Shown here one piece after another: positions 9,085 to 18,949 of a DNA stretch of 64,000 nt. The stretch is from Candidatus Latescibacterota bacterium (GTDB taxonomy: Bacteria; Latescibacterota; UBA2968): positions 6,976,001 to 7,040,000 of the forward strand of contig OZ240241.1 in assembly GCA_965198115.1 (NCBI GenBank), written 5' to 3'. A model generated the notes under the pieces. That model saw nothing but the letters and a program-made list of their open reading frames with translations. It had not been told where the DNA came from and did no database searches. The translations under genes and the position numbers were made by a program. Position 1 is the stretch's first letter. Each line of letters opens with the position of its first letter.

Positions 9085-10050
9085 CTACCGATAGACTTTG
9101 ACCACAATCTGACCTCTGATGACGGTCGCCGATGTGATGTTGGACCCACCCCTTGCTTCGATCCAGAAGCGATAGTTGCCGGTTTCGACGTCCCTGAGCA
9201 ACCCGTAAGTCTGCACCGTCGTGCCGATAATGCCAGTTGATGGGAGCCCGGCTGCGATGGACCCTATGGGTCCCAGATCCACGTTGACCGGAGTGACCTG
9301 TTTGTAGCCCAGGCGAACCTCGAACGGAAAATTGGTGACCAGCTGGAAATACAGCTGGAATTCGAGGTCAACGAGTCCCTCTACATCGATGAACTGATCA
9401 AAGCCTACGGATTCGAACTCTGGGCCGAAGAAGACAACGTCGCCTTCCAGATCGTAGAAGATCGTGGTATCGAGCTGTGCAGACTGAGCAGGCTGTCCTG
9501 GGCCCACCCAGCGGCCTTCACTATCGAGTACAGCCGTGTCGCCAACCGAGAGACTGTCTACCGTTAGCAGTAAAGTTGTCAACGTGCCAGTGGCGTCCCA
9601 CGTGCCTCCTCCCCCGACTAGCTCGATCGATGACGGCGTAATCGTCGTGGCGGCGATATTGTCCGCTTCGCCGGACCGCATCGCATACGCCACGCTCACC
9701 ACACGCTGTCTGGGCAAGAGTTCGCCCGTCTCCGTTGCGAGGGAGAGGAAAAGGCTGTCTCGTTGGAAGACTCCTGCTGGGAAAGGTTCGAGGCTGCCAA
9801 GCAGGACGTTGAACACGCCGGCCGTGGCCGAAACGGGTTGTGATTCCTCCCATAAAGCCTCACCACCAGTCGATGCGGTATGAAAGCGGAAAGTGATCGT
9901 CAGAGTTTCTGGATTTCCGTCTGTCTCGGTGATTCGGCCCTGGTAATTCTCGGTGATTCGGCCCTGGTAATTAATGAGTTGCGGAACGTCCGCGGAGAGA
10001 GTGTGTGATCCGATTATCGCGGCGAAAATCAGGACGTAGATTCGATTCAT
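9085..10050 (-). CDS. Secreted hypothetical protein with 'VPQLINYQG' N-terminal domain
   Basis: Signal peptide; VPQLINYQGR...LWEE...GVFNVLLG...LLPRQ..SVAYA pattern of secreted fibre-like proteins; 8-aa tandem duplication. Confidence 0.75.
   Translation of the reverse strand: MNRIYVLIFAAIIGSHTLSADVPQLINYQGRITENYQGRITETDGNPETLTITFRFHTASTGGEALWEESQPVSATAGVFNVLLGSLEPFPAGVFQRDSLFLSLATETGELLPRQRVVSVAYAMRSGEADNIAATTITPSSIELVGGGGTWDATGTLTTLLLTVDSLSVGDTAVLDSEGRWVGPGQPAQSAQLDTTIFYDLEGDVVFFGPEFESVGFDQFIDVEGLVDLEFQLYFQLVTNFPFEVRLGYKQVTPVNVDLGPIGSIAAGLPSTGIIGTTVQTYGLLRDVETGNYRFWIEARGGSNITSATVIRGQIVVKVYR
9925..9972. repeat. Perfect 24-bp tandem duplication
   Basis: CTCGGTGATTCGGCCCTGGTAATT x2, encoding NYQGRITE twice. 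Confidence 0.95.
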
Positions 10051-10201
10051 CGATACCCTCGAAATGGGGTCATTTCGGTCTGAATGATGAATGTAAGCTC
10101 CATCGGATGGGGGTGCAATTCTAGATCACGGATGACTTGCGCACTGTCAATGGGAGAGTTTATATTGCCTGGACCGATTGCGCACATCACTTGAATGGCG
10201 G

Positions 10202-10825
10202 ATGGAAGAATTGGCAGAATACACTGAAATCGTCGAGATGGAGGTCGTCGGGGTTGCCCCCGAACCCAACAGCAATCGCCCTCTGGTATGGCTGAAAGAC
10301 AAAGACCAGAAGGTGTTTCTGCCCATCTCCATCGGCAATTTTGAAGCGACCGCAATTTACATGGAAATCTACAACGAGCCGCCTCCTCGTCCAATCTGCT
10401 ACGATCTCATGCGGCAGGTGGTCGAGCAGGTGGGGGCCACCGTCGATCGCATTGTGATTAATGCCCTCAAGGACGGCACCTTCTTCGCGGAAATCACTGT
10501 TTCGGGCAGCGAAGGACGGTTCGTCATCGATTCGAGGCCTAGTGACGCGATCGCGCTTGCGCTACGCGTAGAAGCCCCTATCTTTGTCGATCCCCAGGTC
10601 ATCCACGACGCCGGACTGACGATCGAAGGTGAGGACGGGCCGGCGATCTGGGGCGAGGATCAACCGGAGTCGGAACGACCCGAAGCAGAATCACGCATCG
10701 AGGATATACCCGACGGAGATGCTTTGCTGGTCACGTTGAAAGGGAGATTGAAGGAGGCCGTTTCGAACGAGGACTACGAGGAAGCTGCGCGCCTCCGAGA
10801 TGAAATAGGGCGATTGACTGCGTGA
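10202..10825 (+). CDS. Bifunctional nuclease family (DUF151) protein with C-terminal UVR motif
   Basis: LPISIG.FEA.AI, PPRP, IDSRPSDAIALA; ends AV..EDYEEAARLRDEI. Confidence 0.9.
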   Translation: MEELAEYTEIVEMEVVGVAPEPNSNRPLVWLKDKDQKVFLPISIGNFEATAIYMEIYNEPPPRPICYDLMRQVVEQVGATVDRIVINALKDGTFFAEITVSGSEGRFVIDSRPSDAIALALRVEAPIFVDPQVIHDAGLTIEGEDGPAIWGEDQPESERPEAESRIEDIPDGDALLVTLKGRLKEAVSNEDYEEAARLRDEIGRLTA

Positions 10826-10952
10826 ATTTCATATTCACTTGCCCGCTGCCTTCGACGTGCCAGATTTCAGGGTGATAAGAAGCTGATTACGGGCGTTCTT
10901 AAAGCGTCTTTAACTCCATTTGTTTACGTGATTTGGATCACCGAGAATTCGC

Positions 10953-10981
10953 TTGACAGCCCATTTTCCTATTCGTATACT
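10953..10981 (+). promoter_or_regulatory. Near-consensus sigma70 promoter for the surface-protein locus
   Basis: TTGACA (10953-58), 17 nt, TATACT (10976-81); about 380 nt upstream of the ATG at 11369. Confidence 0.75.
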
Positions 10982-11368
10982 TTGGCTTGTCGCTTTGGCT
11001 ACGACTACAGGATTTTCCTGTAAGCTACAAAAAAACAACGGACTTATATCGGAATTCTGGCGAGTGGAAATGTTTCTCTTTAAGTTGGGGGTTAGGGCCT
11101 TGCCGGGGATAGACATTCAAATCGCGTAAAAACAGGTAGTTGTGCTACTGCGCAGCCGATATTTGTGGCCAAAATTAGTGAGATTTAAATAAACTTGGAG
11201 GGCAAAAAAACTTACGGAAGGGAGGGAGATGTTATCGTAAATGGGCTGTTGGCTTTCACGAGCCGGATGCCGGATTTTCGTGAAAGCGAGTATATAGTTC
11301 CGCAGTGACTCTATGGGCTTGAGCGTGAGTTTTTTGCCTTCGAGTTATCCACTTCAAGGAGAGGGTAA

Positions 11369-14300
11369 ATGACCTTCAAGAAAATTGGAAGCCTTTTACT
11401 GGGAGCCCTGATGGTTGTGGGGTTGTCCAGCGCCGTTTCTGCCCAGACGATTCTGGAAGACGGCGATGGCGTCCGACTACGTGTTACAAACCCCGATAAC
11501 GGCGGATTCGCCGGGATCGGCAAGACTGTCGAAGTCGAAGTGCATTACCTGACTTCGATTGCTCCAACCAATATTCATGTGGCCATCGTGACGGACACGA
11601 CCGGCATTGAGGCGGACGAGTTTTCGGGAGGGACCCTGAATGATGCCAACCTGTTCGACGGCGCGTTCTTCGAAGAGGCCGCGATAGTCGATGATGTCCT
11701 CACGATCACTGTGGCCGATGGCGACAATGTCGTTCCCGAGGCGGTCAGTGGTGAAACTTCGTTCAGCAAAATTGTGTTCAAGTTCGAGGTGGAGGCTTCG
11801 GTGGATGTGTCGAGCAGCTCGGCCACGCTGTCCGCCGTCGCATACGTTGACAACCTCATCGAAACCGAGGGACAGGTGTTCAGCAACCTTGACACCGATG
11901 TGCCGACCATCACGGGCGACACAGGTGGTACGACCTTCGGTTTCGTGGGTGATGGTGTACAATTCGGCATCGACGCCACCCGTCCGACGGGTGTCATCAC
12001 GAACGTCTTCATCGATGCTAACGTCGCGGATACCGACGGTGACGATATACTCGATGGTGCCGGTGCCAAGAAGAGCCAGATTTTCAATCCCGGTTGGCTA
12101 ACGGGGATTGTTGATAATAACTTGAATGACGATATAGTGCCGATCGCGAAAGTCGACGACTTCGGTGACCTCGCTGCCTTGATTGAGGACATTGATGTTT
12201 CGACGGCTATGAATGGCCGACTGGAACTTACAGGTGGAGAACCCGTTTTCGCGGACATACCCGTCACGGCAATTAACGTTGGCGACGATCTAACGGTCAG
12301 CTTCAGGGTGACGAACCCCCCGTCGGGAGCTACCGGCGTGGTCTACATCGCCGACCCAGTCGATGTCATGGCAGGTAACGCCGCTGACAGTTCGATCTTC
12401 ACCTTCACCTTCACCTTTCTCGAGCTACTTGAAGGCACGGTCCGTGATTCAATCACGGTCGACTCTGGTTTGGTCGATGTGCTCGCGGAGGGTGATCCCA
12501 AGTTCGTCGGGAATAACCGGCGCATTATGGCCGCCGCATTCCTGGCGGATCGAGCGGGTAACCTGAGCGGGGCAACCGCTGACGCGGATGATCCCTTAGC
12601 TGAGACCGACCCGAACATTCACGTGCTCGATCTCACGCCTGCGACGATCACGCCGGTGCGGCCGAAGACGGCGACGGGCGAACTTCCCGACAGCAGCCGG
12701 TTCACGGCACTGGCCAAGAGCAGCATCTCCATCGTCGACCTGGTGAACGGTACGACTTCTCCGGACGTCGACTTCAATCTCAATCCGTTCGAGTTGTCGG
12801 TCGATGAAGGACTCACGGACATTCAGGTGACCTTCGTGACCGGTGGTGACGAAATTTCCCTGTCGTACAAAGAGAGGAACAACGCCGGCGATCTCGACAA
12901 CGATGTTATCGAAGACGCAGGCCTGGATCCGGCGCTCATCGCCGCGACCGACGAGTTGGTGGACGGCAATGGCGACGGCGTGCCCGACGCTGCGGTCAAG
13001 TTCGACCTCAGCAGTCTGATCATCGACCCGGATGCCGACGGCGATCTCAAGCGCGAAACGAACAAACAGGGCGGTCACAAGGGGTCGTGGACGGTCACGG
13101 TCGTGGACAGCGCCGGTAACGTGACCCACGACACGCAAGCGGATATCTGGTTCGACGGCGTCGCTCCGGATACGATGGATGCGAACTACTTCCCGACGGA
13201 GGCCGGAGCGCCCAGGGATCAGGACACCGACGTTCCGACGATCACTTCGGAAACGTCGGCTGTCGTGCTTAGGCTGTCCGAGGCATTGGACTCCCTGGCT
13301 GTCCAGTATGTCGAGAACACGGCGGTTTCGCCCACTACGTCCCTCATTCGCGTTCCACCGGGCGATGTGAATTTGGCTATAACGGACTCGCCGATCACAC
13401 TGACGCTTTCCGATTCGCTCATAACTGGCGAAGAGTACAAGCTCCAGGTCTTCCAGCGCGATCTTGCGGGCAACGTCAGCATGACGGCCGCCCAGACTCT
13501 GTTGTACGACAACGAATTCCCGAACCCCGAAGCCAGCGAGTTCAAGGTCGTGCAGGACAACAAGGATGTGGTCGCCGGTCAGTCAATGACCATCACAGTC
13601 ACGGCTCTGGACAGTGCTATGACGGCGGATATAGGTTCTGAGGTTGTTGACGTCACGTACGGTACTGAGGCATTCATTCGCATCGAGGAAGTTGTTTCGG
13701 CGAAGAAAGCGGCTCACATCACCTATACGTTCGATGGTGACGGTGTGACCGACAACGAGGATGGTACGGCCACACTCGACACTGACAACTGGAACCTCGG
13801 TGTGCGAGATGTCGACATTGTTTCGACGGGAATCATCGAAGCTTTCATCGCGATCGTGGAGGACAAGACGGGTGACGATGTCAACTTCGATGGCCAGACG
13901 GCGGATACGCTGAGTGTCGAGGCTGCGGATTTCCGTGCCTTCGCAGTGAAGGTGCTGGAAGACGGTGTCGAAACGGATGAAGTTTCTGGTGAGTTCACCG
14001 TTTGGGTACATCCAACGGATATCCACGGCAACATGAGCGCCAAGCTGTTTGAAGAGGGAGTCGGCACGACGCCCGTGGAAGCGGATTCGCTGAAGTTGTT
14101 GGAAGCGAATATTAAACCGGCCAATGTGCTTGCGGAGATATTTGTCGAGTTATCGGCTAGCGTCGGCGATGTGGTTCCGCCGCCAGGCCCGCAAGCTTTG
14201 CCCAGAGAAGGCTACGCCTTCACCGCCACTGCTCCAGACCGCGCAGGTGAAGGTCTCGTGATTACGGTCCGTTCTGTCGATGGCGGCACGCTCGGTTTCA

Positions 14301-16348
14301 CGGATGATGTCAATGAAAAGTTCAAATTGGCTACCGGATCTAGTGAGTCACTCACCTTCACGCCGTTCGGTGAAGTTCCGCCGCCGCCGTTGCCCGACCT
14401 CGTAGCTCCGGCAACCCTGATCGTTCAGGACTACCTCGGAGCCGACGGGCTGGGCGATCAGGGTGGATTCGTGATCGTGTCTTACACTGCCTCTGAGGGT
14501 GCTGCGCGTCATCGCCTCTATCGCAAGATCCCGGTTCGGGCCGGACGGGACGAGAATGGCGACTTGGTTGCATTTGAGCCATTTGAGACACCGGTTGACA
14601 TGTGGGTGCCTTGGGCGTCGTTCGATGCTGCCGCTGATGATGACGGCATTGGACGTAGTGTCGTTCCAACGCTCGATAACGTCGCATCGAGCTGGGCCAT
14701 CACAGCAGAGCGTGGCGGTGCCTCTTCGGGGCAAACGGTTGCATCGAAGCGTGTGTTCACGAAGCAACTCGTTCAGAATATGGTCTCGTTCCTCGGCGTC
14801 GATCCGAACCGTGTCCTCTCAACAGAGGAACTCGGCGAGGTCTTTGCACCGTCAGAGGACTATGTGAAATCGATCATCGGTGACCAGAAGGACGTTCAGT
14901 TCACGGCCCTCGATATCGACTTTACAGCGCTGGTCGGTGGAGCCAACACGGTTCCGCAGTCCATCCGCACGCAGACCAGTCCGATTCAGTCTTCGGCCCG
15001 CACGGAAACAGATGCACCCGTGAAGGCCGTTGACAACCTGCCCCCCGCCGCTGTCGAAGGCGCTGCCGGTACATTCGACGGTGCCAACGTCAGCCTTGAG
15101 TGGCAGGTGTCGAGTGACGACCGCGTGGTGGGTAGCATGAGTTATCTCGGCCACTCGATTCCGATCGCGGGTGTGGATCGCTACGAAGTGTGGCGTGGCG
15201 AGAGTGTAGACGCGCTGGAACTCTATGACACCGTAGAGGCTGGCGAAACCACCTTCCTCGATCAGGAAGTCCCGGGCTTTTCGTCCGTGATTTACCGGAT
15301 CGATGCGGCTGATCTCGATAACGTCACACAGGGAACCGCGGTCACGATGGAACTCCTCACCTCGAGGATTCCCTACGAGACAGCTGATGGTCTCCCGGTG
15401 TATATCATCCTCGTGAATGGTGCGACGCCCTTGACGCAGGACTTCGAGGACTTCATTGCCTTCGCGGGTGCATTCCAGAAGTCGGCTGGTGAGTCAGGAT
15501 TCCTGTTCCAGGCCGATACCGACGACAGCGGCACGATCGACTTTACAGACTTCCTGGGCTTTGCCGGCGCCTTCCAGCGCGAGGCAGTTGCTCCGGCAGG
15601 GATGAAGGTCGTTCCCGCAATGCTGTTGCCCGGTGTGAACGACAACGTCGAGCTCGCACTCAGCTTGAGTGACAGCAAGGTACTCGCTGGTCAGACCGTG
15701 ACGGTAAACGTCGCCCTGGCCAACGCTGCCGCGCTCAACGGCTTCGGTTTCGAGCTGCTCTACGATGCGGATAAGTTTGAGTATGTCGAATCCGCAGCGG
15801 CCGAGCAGGATCTGCTGAAGTCCGGTGGTGCGGACACGCCGCTGTTCCTCGCTCACCAGGAAGAGGTCGGCCAGCTGATGATCGCCAACGCGATCGTCGA
15901 CGGCGCGCCAGTTTCGGGTGAGGGTGAGGTTGTGAGCCTGACGTTCAAGGTGCTTCAGGAGTTCGAGGAGAACGCACGGTTCGAGATCGCTGACGGTATC
16001 GTGTTCGATCACGAGCAGCTTTCGAACCCGGTCGTCGCCCTCGGCAGCCTGAGCGTCGAAAGCACCCCGACGGAGTTCGCGTTGCTGCAGAACTTCCCGA
16101 ACCCGTTCAACCCTGAAACCACGATCAAGTACAACCTCGCCGAAGGGACGAACGTCAGCCTCCGCATTTACAATGTGGTCGGTCAGGTCGTTCGCACGCT
16201 CGTCGCTGAGCCCCAGACGGCAGGTCGCTACACGGTCCGGTGGAACGGAACGGACGATCGAGGGGTGTCCGTATCGAGTGGGATCTACTTCTACGAACTC
16301 CGTAGCAGCGGATTCCAGGACGTCAAGAAGCTGATGCTGCTGAAGTAA
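11369..16348 (+). CDS. 1659-aa acidic secreted surface protein: Ig-like repeats, dockerin-like EF-hand pair, cohesin-like domain, FlgD-Ig/T9SS-type C-terminal domain
   Basis: SD AAGGAGAGG; signal peptide ending AVSA|Q; repeated D.AGN Ig-type motifs; DFEDFIAFAGAF...DTDDSGTIDFTDFLGFAGAF; VTVNVALANAAALNGFGFELLYDADKFEYV; LLQNFPNPFNPETTIKY...WNG.DD.G..VSSGIYFY...KLMLLK. Confidence 0.88.
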   Translation: MTFKKIGSLLLGALMVVGLSSAVSAQTILEDGDGVRLRVTNPDNGGFAGIGKTVEVEVHYLTSIAPTNIHVAIVTDTTGIEADEFSGGTLNDANLFDGAFFEEAAIVDDVLTITVADGDNVVPEAVSGETSFSKIVFKFEVEASVDVSSSSATLSAVAYVDNLIETEGQVFSNLDTDVPTITGDTGGTTFGFVGDGVQFGIDATRPTGVITNVFIDANVADTDGDDILDGAGAKKSQIFNPGWLTGIVDNNLNDDIVPIAKVDDFGDLAALIEDIDVSTAMNGRLELTGGEPVFADIPVTAINVGDDLTVSFRVTNPPSGATGVVYIADPVDVMAGNAADSSIFTFTFTFLELLEGTVRDSITVDSGLVDVLAEGDPKFVGNNRRIMAAAFLADRAGNLSGATADADDPLAETDPNIHVLDLTPATITPVRPKTATGELPDSSRFTALAKSSISIVDLVNGTTSPDVDFNLNPFELSVDEGLTDIQVTFVTGGDEISLSYKERNNAGDLDNDVIEDAGLDPALIAATDELVDGNGDGVPDAAVKFDLSSLIIDPDADGDLKRETNKQGGHKGSWTVTVVDSAGNVTHDTQADIWFDGVAPDTMDANYFPTEAGAPRDQDTDVPTITSETSAVVLRLSEALDSLAVQYVENTAVSPTTSLIRVPPGDVNLAITDSPITLTLSDSLITGEEYKLQVFQRDLAGNVSMTAAQTLLYDNEFPNPEASEFKVVQDNKDVVAGQSMTITVTALDSAMTADIGSEVVDVTYGTEAFIRIEEVVSAKKAAHITYTFDGDGVTDNEDGTATLDTDNWNLGVRDVDIVSTGIIEAFIAIVEDKTGDDVNFDGQTADTLSVEAADFRAFAVKVLEDGVETDEVSGEFTVWVHPTDIHGNMSAKLFEEGVGTTPVEADSLKLLEANIKPANVLAEIFVELSASVGDVVPPPGPQALPREGYAFTATAPDRAGEGLVITVRSVDGGTLGFTDDVNEKFKLATGSSESLTFTPFGEVPPPPLPDLVAPATLIVQDYLGADGLGDQGGFVIVSYTASEGAARHRLYRKIPVRAGRDENGDLVAFEPFETPVDMWVPWASFDAAADDDGIGRSVVPTLDNVASSWAITAERGGASSGQTVASKRVFTKQLVQNMVSFLGVDPNRVLSTEELGEVFAPSEDYVKSIIGDQKDVQFTALDIDFTALVGGANTVPQSIRTQTSPIQSSARTETDAPVKAVDNLPPAAVEGAAGTFDGANVSLEWQVSSDDRVVGSMSYLGHSIPIAGVDRYEVWRGESVDALELYDTVEAGETTFLDQEVPGFSSVIYRIDAADLDNVTQGTAVTMELLTSRIPYETADGLPVYIILVNGATPLTQDFEDFIAFAGAFQKSAGESGFLFQADTDDSGTIDFTDFLGFAGAFQREAVAPAGMKVVPAMLLPGVNDNVELALSLSDSKVLAGQTVTVNVALANAAALNGFGFELLYDADKFEYVESAAAEQDLLKSGGADTPLFLAHQEEVGQLMIANAIVDGAPVSGEGEVVSLTFKVLQEFEENARFEIADGIVFDHEQLSNPVVALGSLSVESTPTEFALLQNFPNPFNPETTIKYNLAEGTNVSLRIYNVVGQVVRTLVAEPQTAGRYTVRWNGTDDRGVSVSSGIYFYELRSSGFQDVKKLMLLK

Positions 16349-16364
16349 CAGCACCAGTATACGG

Positions 16365-16394
16365 AGCGGGAGCCAGAGTCATCTGGCTCCCGCT
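16365..16394 (+). other. 13-bp intergenic stem-loop without U-tract
   Basis: AGCGGGAGCCAGA-GTCA-TCTGGCTCCCGCT between the two surface-protein genes. Confidence 0.7.
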
Positions 16395-16426
16395 TCACAC
16401 AGCCAGGAAATAGAGAGCAAGTTTTA

Positions 16427-17866
16427 ATGGAAGGAACGAAGATGGTGAAGAAAGGGATGATGGCATTAGCCGTCCTGCTTTTCCTGGTGCACAGCGCGCA
16501 CGCGGGACCTAATGCGGCCGCTGTACCGTCACTGGACTTGACGGCCGGAAACTCAACGGACGATGGGGTGACGGTTGCGACTGATGTCGCCGAAGGCACG
16601 GCGATCCAGGTCGAGGTCTTCGCGACGGGGATCGCATCGACACTTCTGGGTATGAATCTCGAATTCACGGTGGATCAGGCCGTGGTCACCGCCGTTGGTT
16701 ATAGCGGCCCATTCGATATTCCACTCGTACAGGACACGAGTGTGGGCGCGGTGAGCTTTTCAGGCCCAGTCACGATTGATGCCGCAGGCTTCCTCGGAAC
16801 GGTGACTTTCGCTCCGGCGGCTGGCGTGACGACAAGCACTGAGTTCGAGATCACATTGGCGTCGATCGTTCTTGGCGATGCCAATCAAGTTCGAGATACA
16901 CTCTCGGTAACGGGCGTGACGTCGACGCTGACGTTTAACCAGGCGCCTCCGGGTCCTCTGGAACTCAGTGGCCCTGCCGATCCGATCGATACGATGGGAT
17001 CGGGAACGGCCGATATCGCCATTGCCAATCTGACGAGCGGCGACACGATCGAATGGACCGTGTCAGTCACGGGCGGTGCTGGCGCGGTTGCTGGAGTAAC
17101 AGGTCAGAGCGGATCGGCATCGATCGGCACAGAGTTTACGTTCAGTACCACGGCGAGCGCTGCGACAGAGACGATCACGCTCGAGGCTAGCGGAGCCAAC
17201 TCCACCGTAACGGTTTCGGCGTCGGTCAACGGCACGGCGATCGGCACCTTTGCGGTGGTGTTCAGCCAGCTGTCGGCGGCCGAGCTCTCCTCCTTTGGTG
17301 GTGAGATCGTCGAAGAGGCGGTCGTGCTCAACTGGACGACTGTTTCGCAGACGAACAACGCCGGTTGGCGTGTGCTTCGGAGTGAAGACGGCGTAACCTA
17401 TACGCCCGTCAGTGATCTCATTCCGGGCGCCGGGACGACGGACGCGACACTTCCTTACCAATTCCAGGATGAGGATGTGCCGGCTGTGGAGCTGATCTAC
17501 TATCGCCTCGAGCAGGTCGATCTGGACGGTCGCATTTCGCAGACCAGCCCGATCGAGGTCATTCTGGGCGCGCGTTTCCTCGACTTGCCGAGTGACTTCG
17601 GGACGAGCATCTACCCGAATCCGTTCAACCCCAGCACGACGATCGCCTACAACCTTCCGTCAGAGGCATCTGTTTCGATCGTGATTTACGACGCACTCGG
17701 CCAGGAAGTTCGCCGGCTGATCAGCGAGACGAAATCTGCTGGACGTTACACGATTCGGTGGGATGCGCGTGACAATCTTGGACGCGGCGTCGGTAGTGGC
17801 GTTTACATTGCCAAGGTCGAGGCCGGACAGTTTTCGGCTGCGCAGAAGATGCTGCTCCTGAAGTAA
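16427..17866 (+). CDS. Secreted protein with N-terminal cohesin-like domain and FlgD-Ig/T9SS-type C-terminal domain
   Basis: Signal peptide ending AHA|; IQVEVFATG...GMNLEFTVD; ELSSF...LNWTTVSQTNNAGWRVLRS...YYRLEQVDLDG pre-CTD module; YPNPFNPSTTI...WDARD..G..VGSGVY...KMLLLK. Confidence 0.85.
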   Translation: MEGTKMVKKGMMALAVLLFLVHSAHAGPNAAAVPSLDLTAGNSTDDGVTVATDVAEGTAIQVEVFATGIASTLLGMNLEFTVDQAVVTAVGYSGPFDIPLVQDTSVGAVSFSGPVTIDAAGFLGTVTFAPAAGVTTSTEFEITLASIVLGDANQVRDTLSVTGVTSTLTFNQAPPGPLELSGPADPIDTMGSGTADIAIANLTSGDTIEWTVSVTGGAGAVAGVTGQSGSASIGTEFTFSTTASAATETITLEASGANSTVTVSASVNGTAIGTFAVVFSQLSAAELSSFGGEIVEEAVVLNWTTVSQTNNAGWRVLRSEDGVTYTPVSDLIPGAGTTDATLPYQFQDEDVPAVELIYYRLEQVDLDGRISQTSPIEVILGARFLDLPSDFGTSIYPNPFNPSTTIAYNLPSEASVSIVIYDALGQEVRRLISETKSAGRYTIRWDARDNLGRGVGSGVYIAKVEAGQFSAAQKMLLLK

Positions 17867-17885
17867 CGGCAGGAAAGATTTTGGG

Positions 17886-17927
17886 AAAGAGGTCGCCCGC
17901 GCTTTTGGCAGGCGACCTCTTTTTTTT
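17886..17927 (+). terminator. Rho-independent terminator
   Basis: AAAGAGGTCGCC...GGCGACCTCTTT followed by a T-run. Confidence 0.85.
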
Positions 17928-18949
17928 GGCTCTATCCGGGTTTCTCAACGGTGAAACTATAGAATGACAAGGTCATAGATCGTTCCTTACGCTTGGTTGT
18001 GTCCGAGTTACTGCGCATCTCTGCCTCGACGCTGTCGGATCTCCTTCACCGATCCATCACGCGGCTTCGTGAAGGTCATCGTATCCGAGGGCTCAAAACC
18101 ATCGGGATCGACGAGATCTCCTACGCCAAGCGTCACAGGTACGCCACGCTCGTTTACGATCTGGACCGCTCCTGCGTGGTGTGGGTTGGCCGCGGCAGGG
18201 CGCGTAAAACGATCGATCGGTTCTTCACAGAGGCTCTCAGTCCCTACCGGAGATCCAAGATCGAGTGGGCCTGCTGCGACATGAGCGAAGCTTACATCGG
18301 AGCCATCCAGGAACACTGTCCGAATGCCAAGCTGGTCCTCGATCGCTTTCACATCGTCAAGGCTCTCAATGCCGCCGTTGACGAGGTCCGTAAGGACCAG
18401 TGGCGTGAAGCTGCCCCGGATGAGCGCAAAGCCATGAAGGGCCTCCGATGGCTCCTCTACCGGCACTCAGCGACACGCTCCAGAGGGGATACCCGGACAC
18501 TCAAAGCACTGGAGAAGGCGAACTACCGAATCTATAGAGCCTGGAGACTCAAGGACGAGTTCGAGCAGTTCTGGGAATACAAAGCGCCCTGGGCTGCCGA
18601 ACGCTTCCTGAAATGCTGGACGACGTCCGCACTCAGAAGTCGACTTGAACCCCTGCGAAAGTTCGTCAGGACCCTGCGACAGCACTTCTTCGGCGTCCTC
18701 GCATTCGTGAACACGCGTCTTACCAACGCCATCGCCGAAGGCCTCAACCGAATCGTCCAAATCGTCAAGAACCGAGCCAGCGGATTCCGCACACTCGACG
18801 CATTCAACGATATGATCTTCCTTACCGTCGGAGACATAAACATCCCTGAGCAGATTCCGAAGAGGTTCCGCACACTCTAACCGCGCCCCCATGCCAGGAA
18901 CCACGGCACCTTCACCCACTTCATCTCGTTGAGAGATCCGGATATAGCC
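17928..18949 (+). mobile_element. ISL3-family insertion sequence (internally deleted, 1022 bp)
   Basis: Terminal IRs GGCTCTATCCGGGTTTCTCAACG and (rc) GGCTATATCCGGATCTCTCAACG, 20/23 match; T8 on both sides (17920-27, 18950-57) as 8-bp TSD. Confidence 0.9.
17993..18880 (+). CDS. ISL3 transposase, N-terminally truncated
   Basis: IGIDEIS..K.H.Y.T, CCDMS..Y, DRFHIV, TNAIAEGLN..I...K..ASGFR. 295 aa, shorter than the usual ~400+ aa; no N-terminal Zn finger. Confidence 0.88.
   Translation: MVVSELLRISASTLSDLLHRSITRLREGHRIRGLKTIGIDEISYAKRHRYATLVYDLDRSCVVWVGRGRARKTIDRFFTEALSPYRRSKIEWACCDMSEAYIGAIQEHCPNAKLVLDRFHIVKALNAAVDEVRKDQWREAAPDERKAMKGLRWLLYRHSATRSRGDTRTLKALEKANYRIYRAWRLKDEFEQFWEYKAPWAAERFLKCWTTSALRSRLEPLRKFVRTLRQHFFGVLAFVNTRLTNAIAEGLNRIVQIVKNRASGFRTLDAFNDMIFLTVGDINIPEQIPKRFRTL

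Noticed and set aside
10118-10150. Minus-strand TTGACA...TAGAAT promoter
   Set aside because: The spacer is 21 nt, too long for sigma70.
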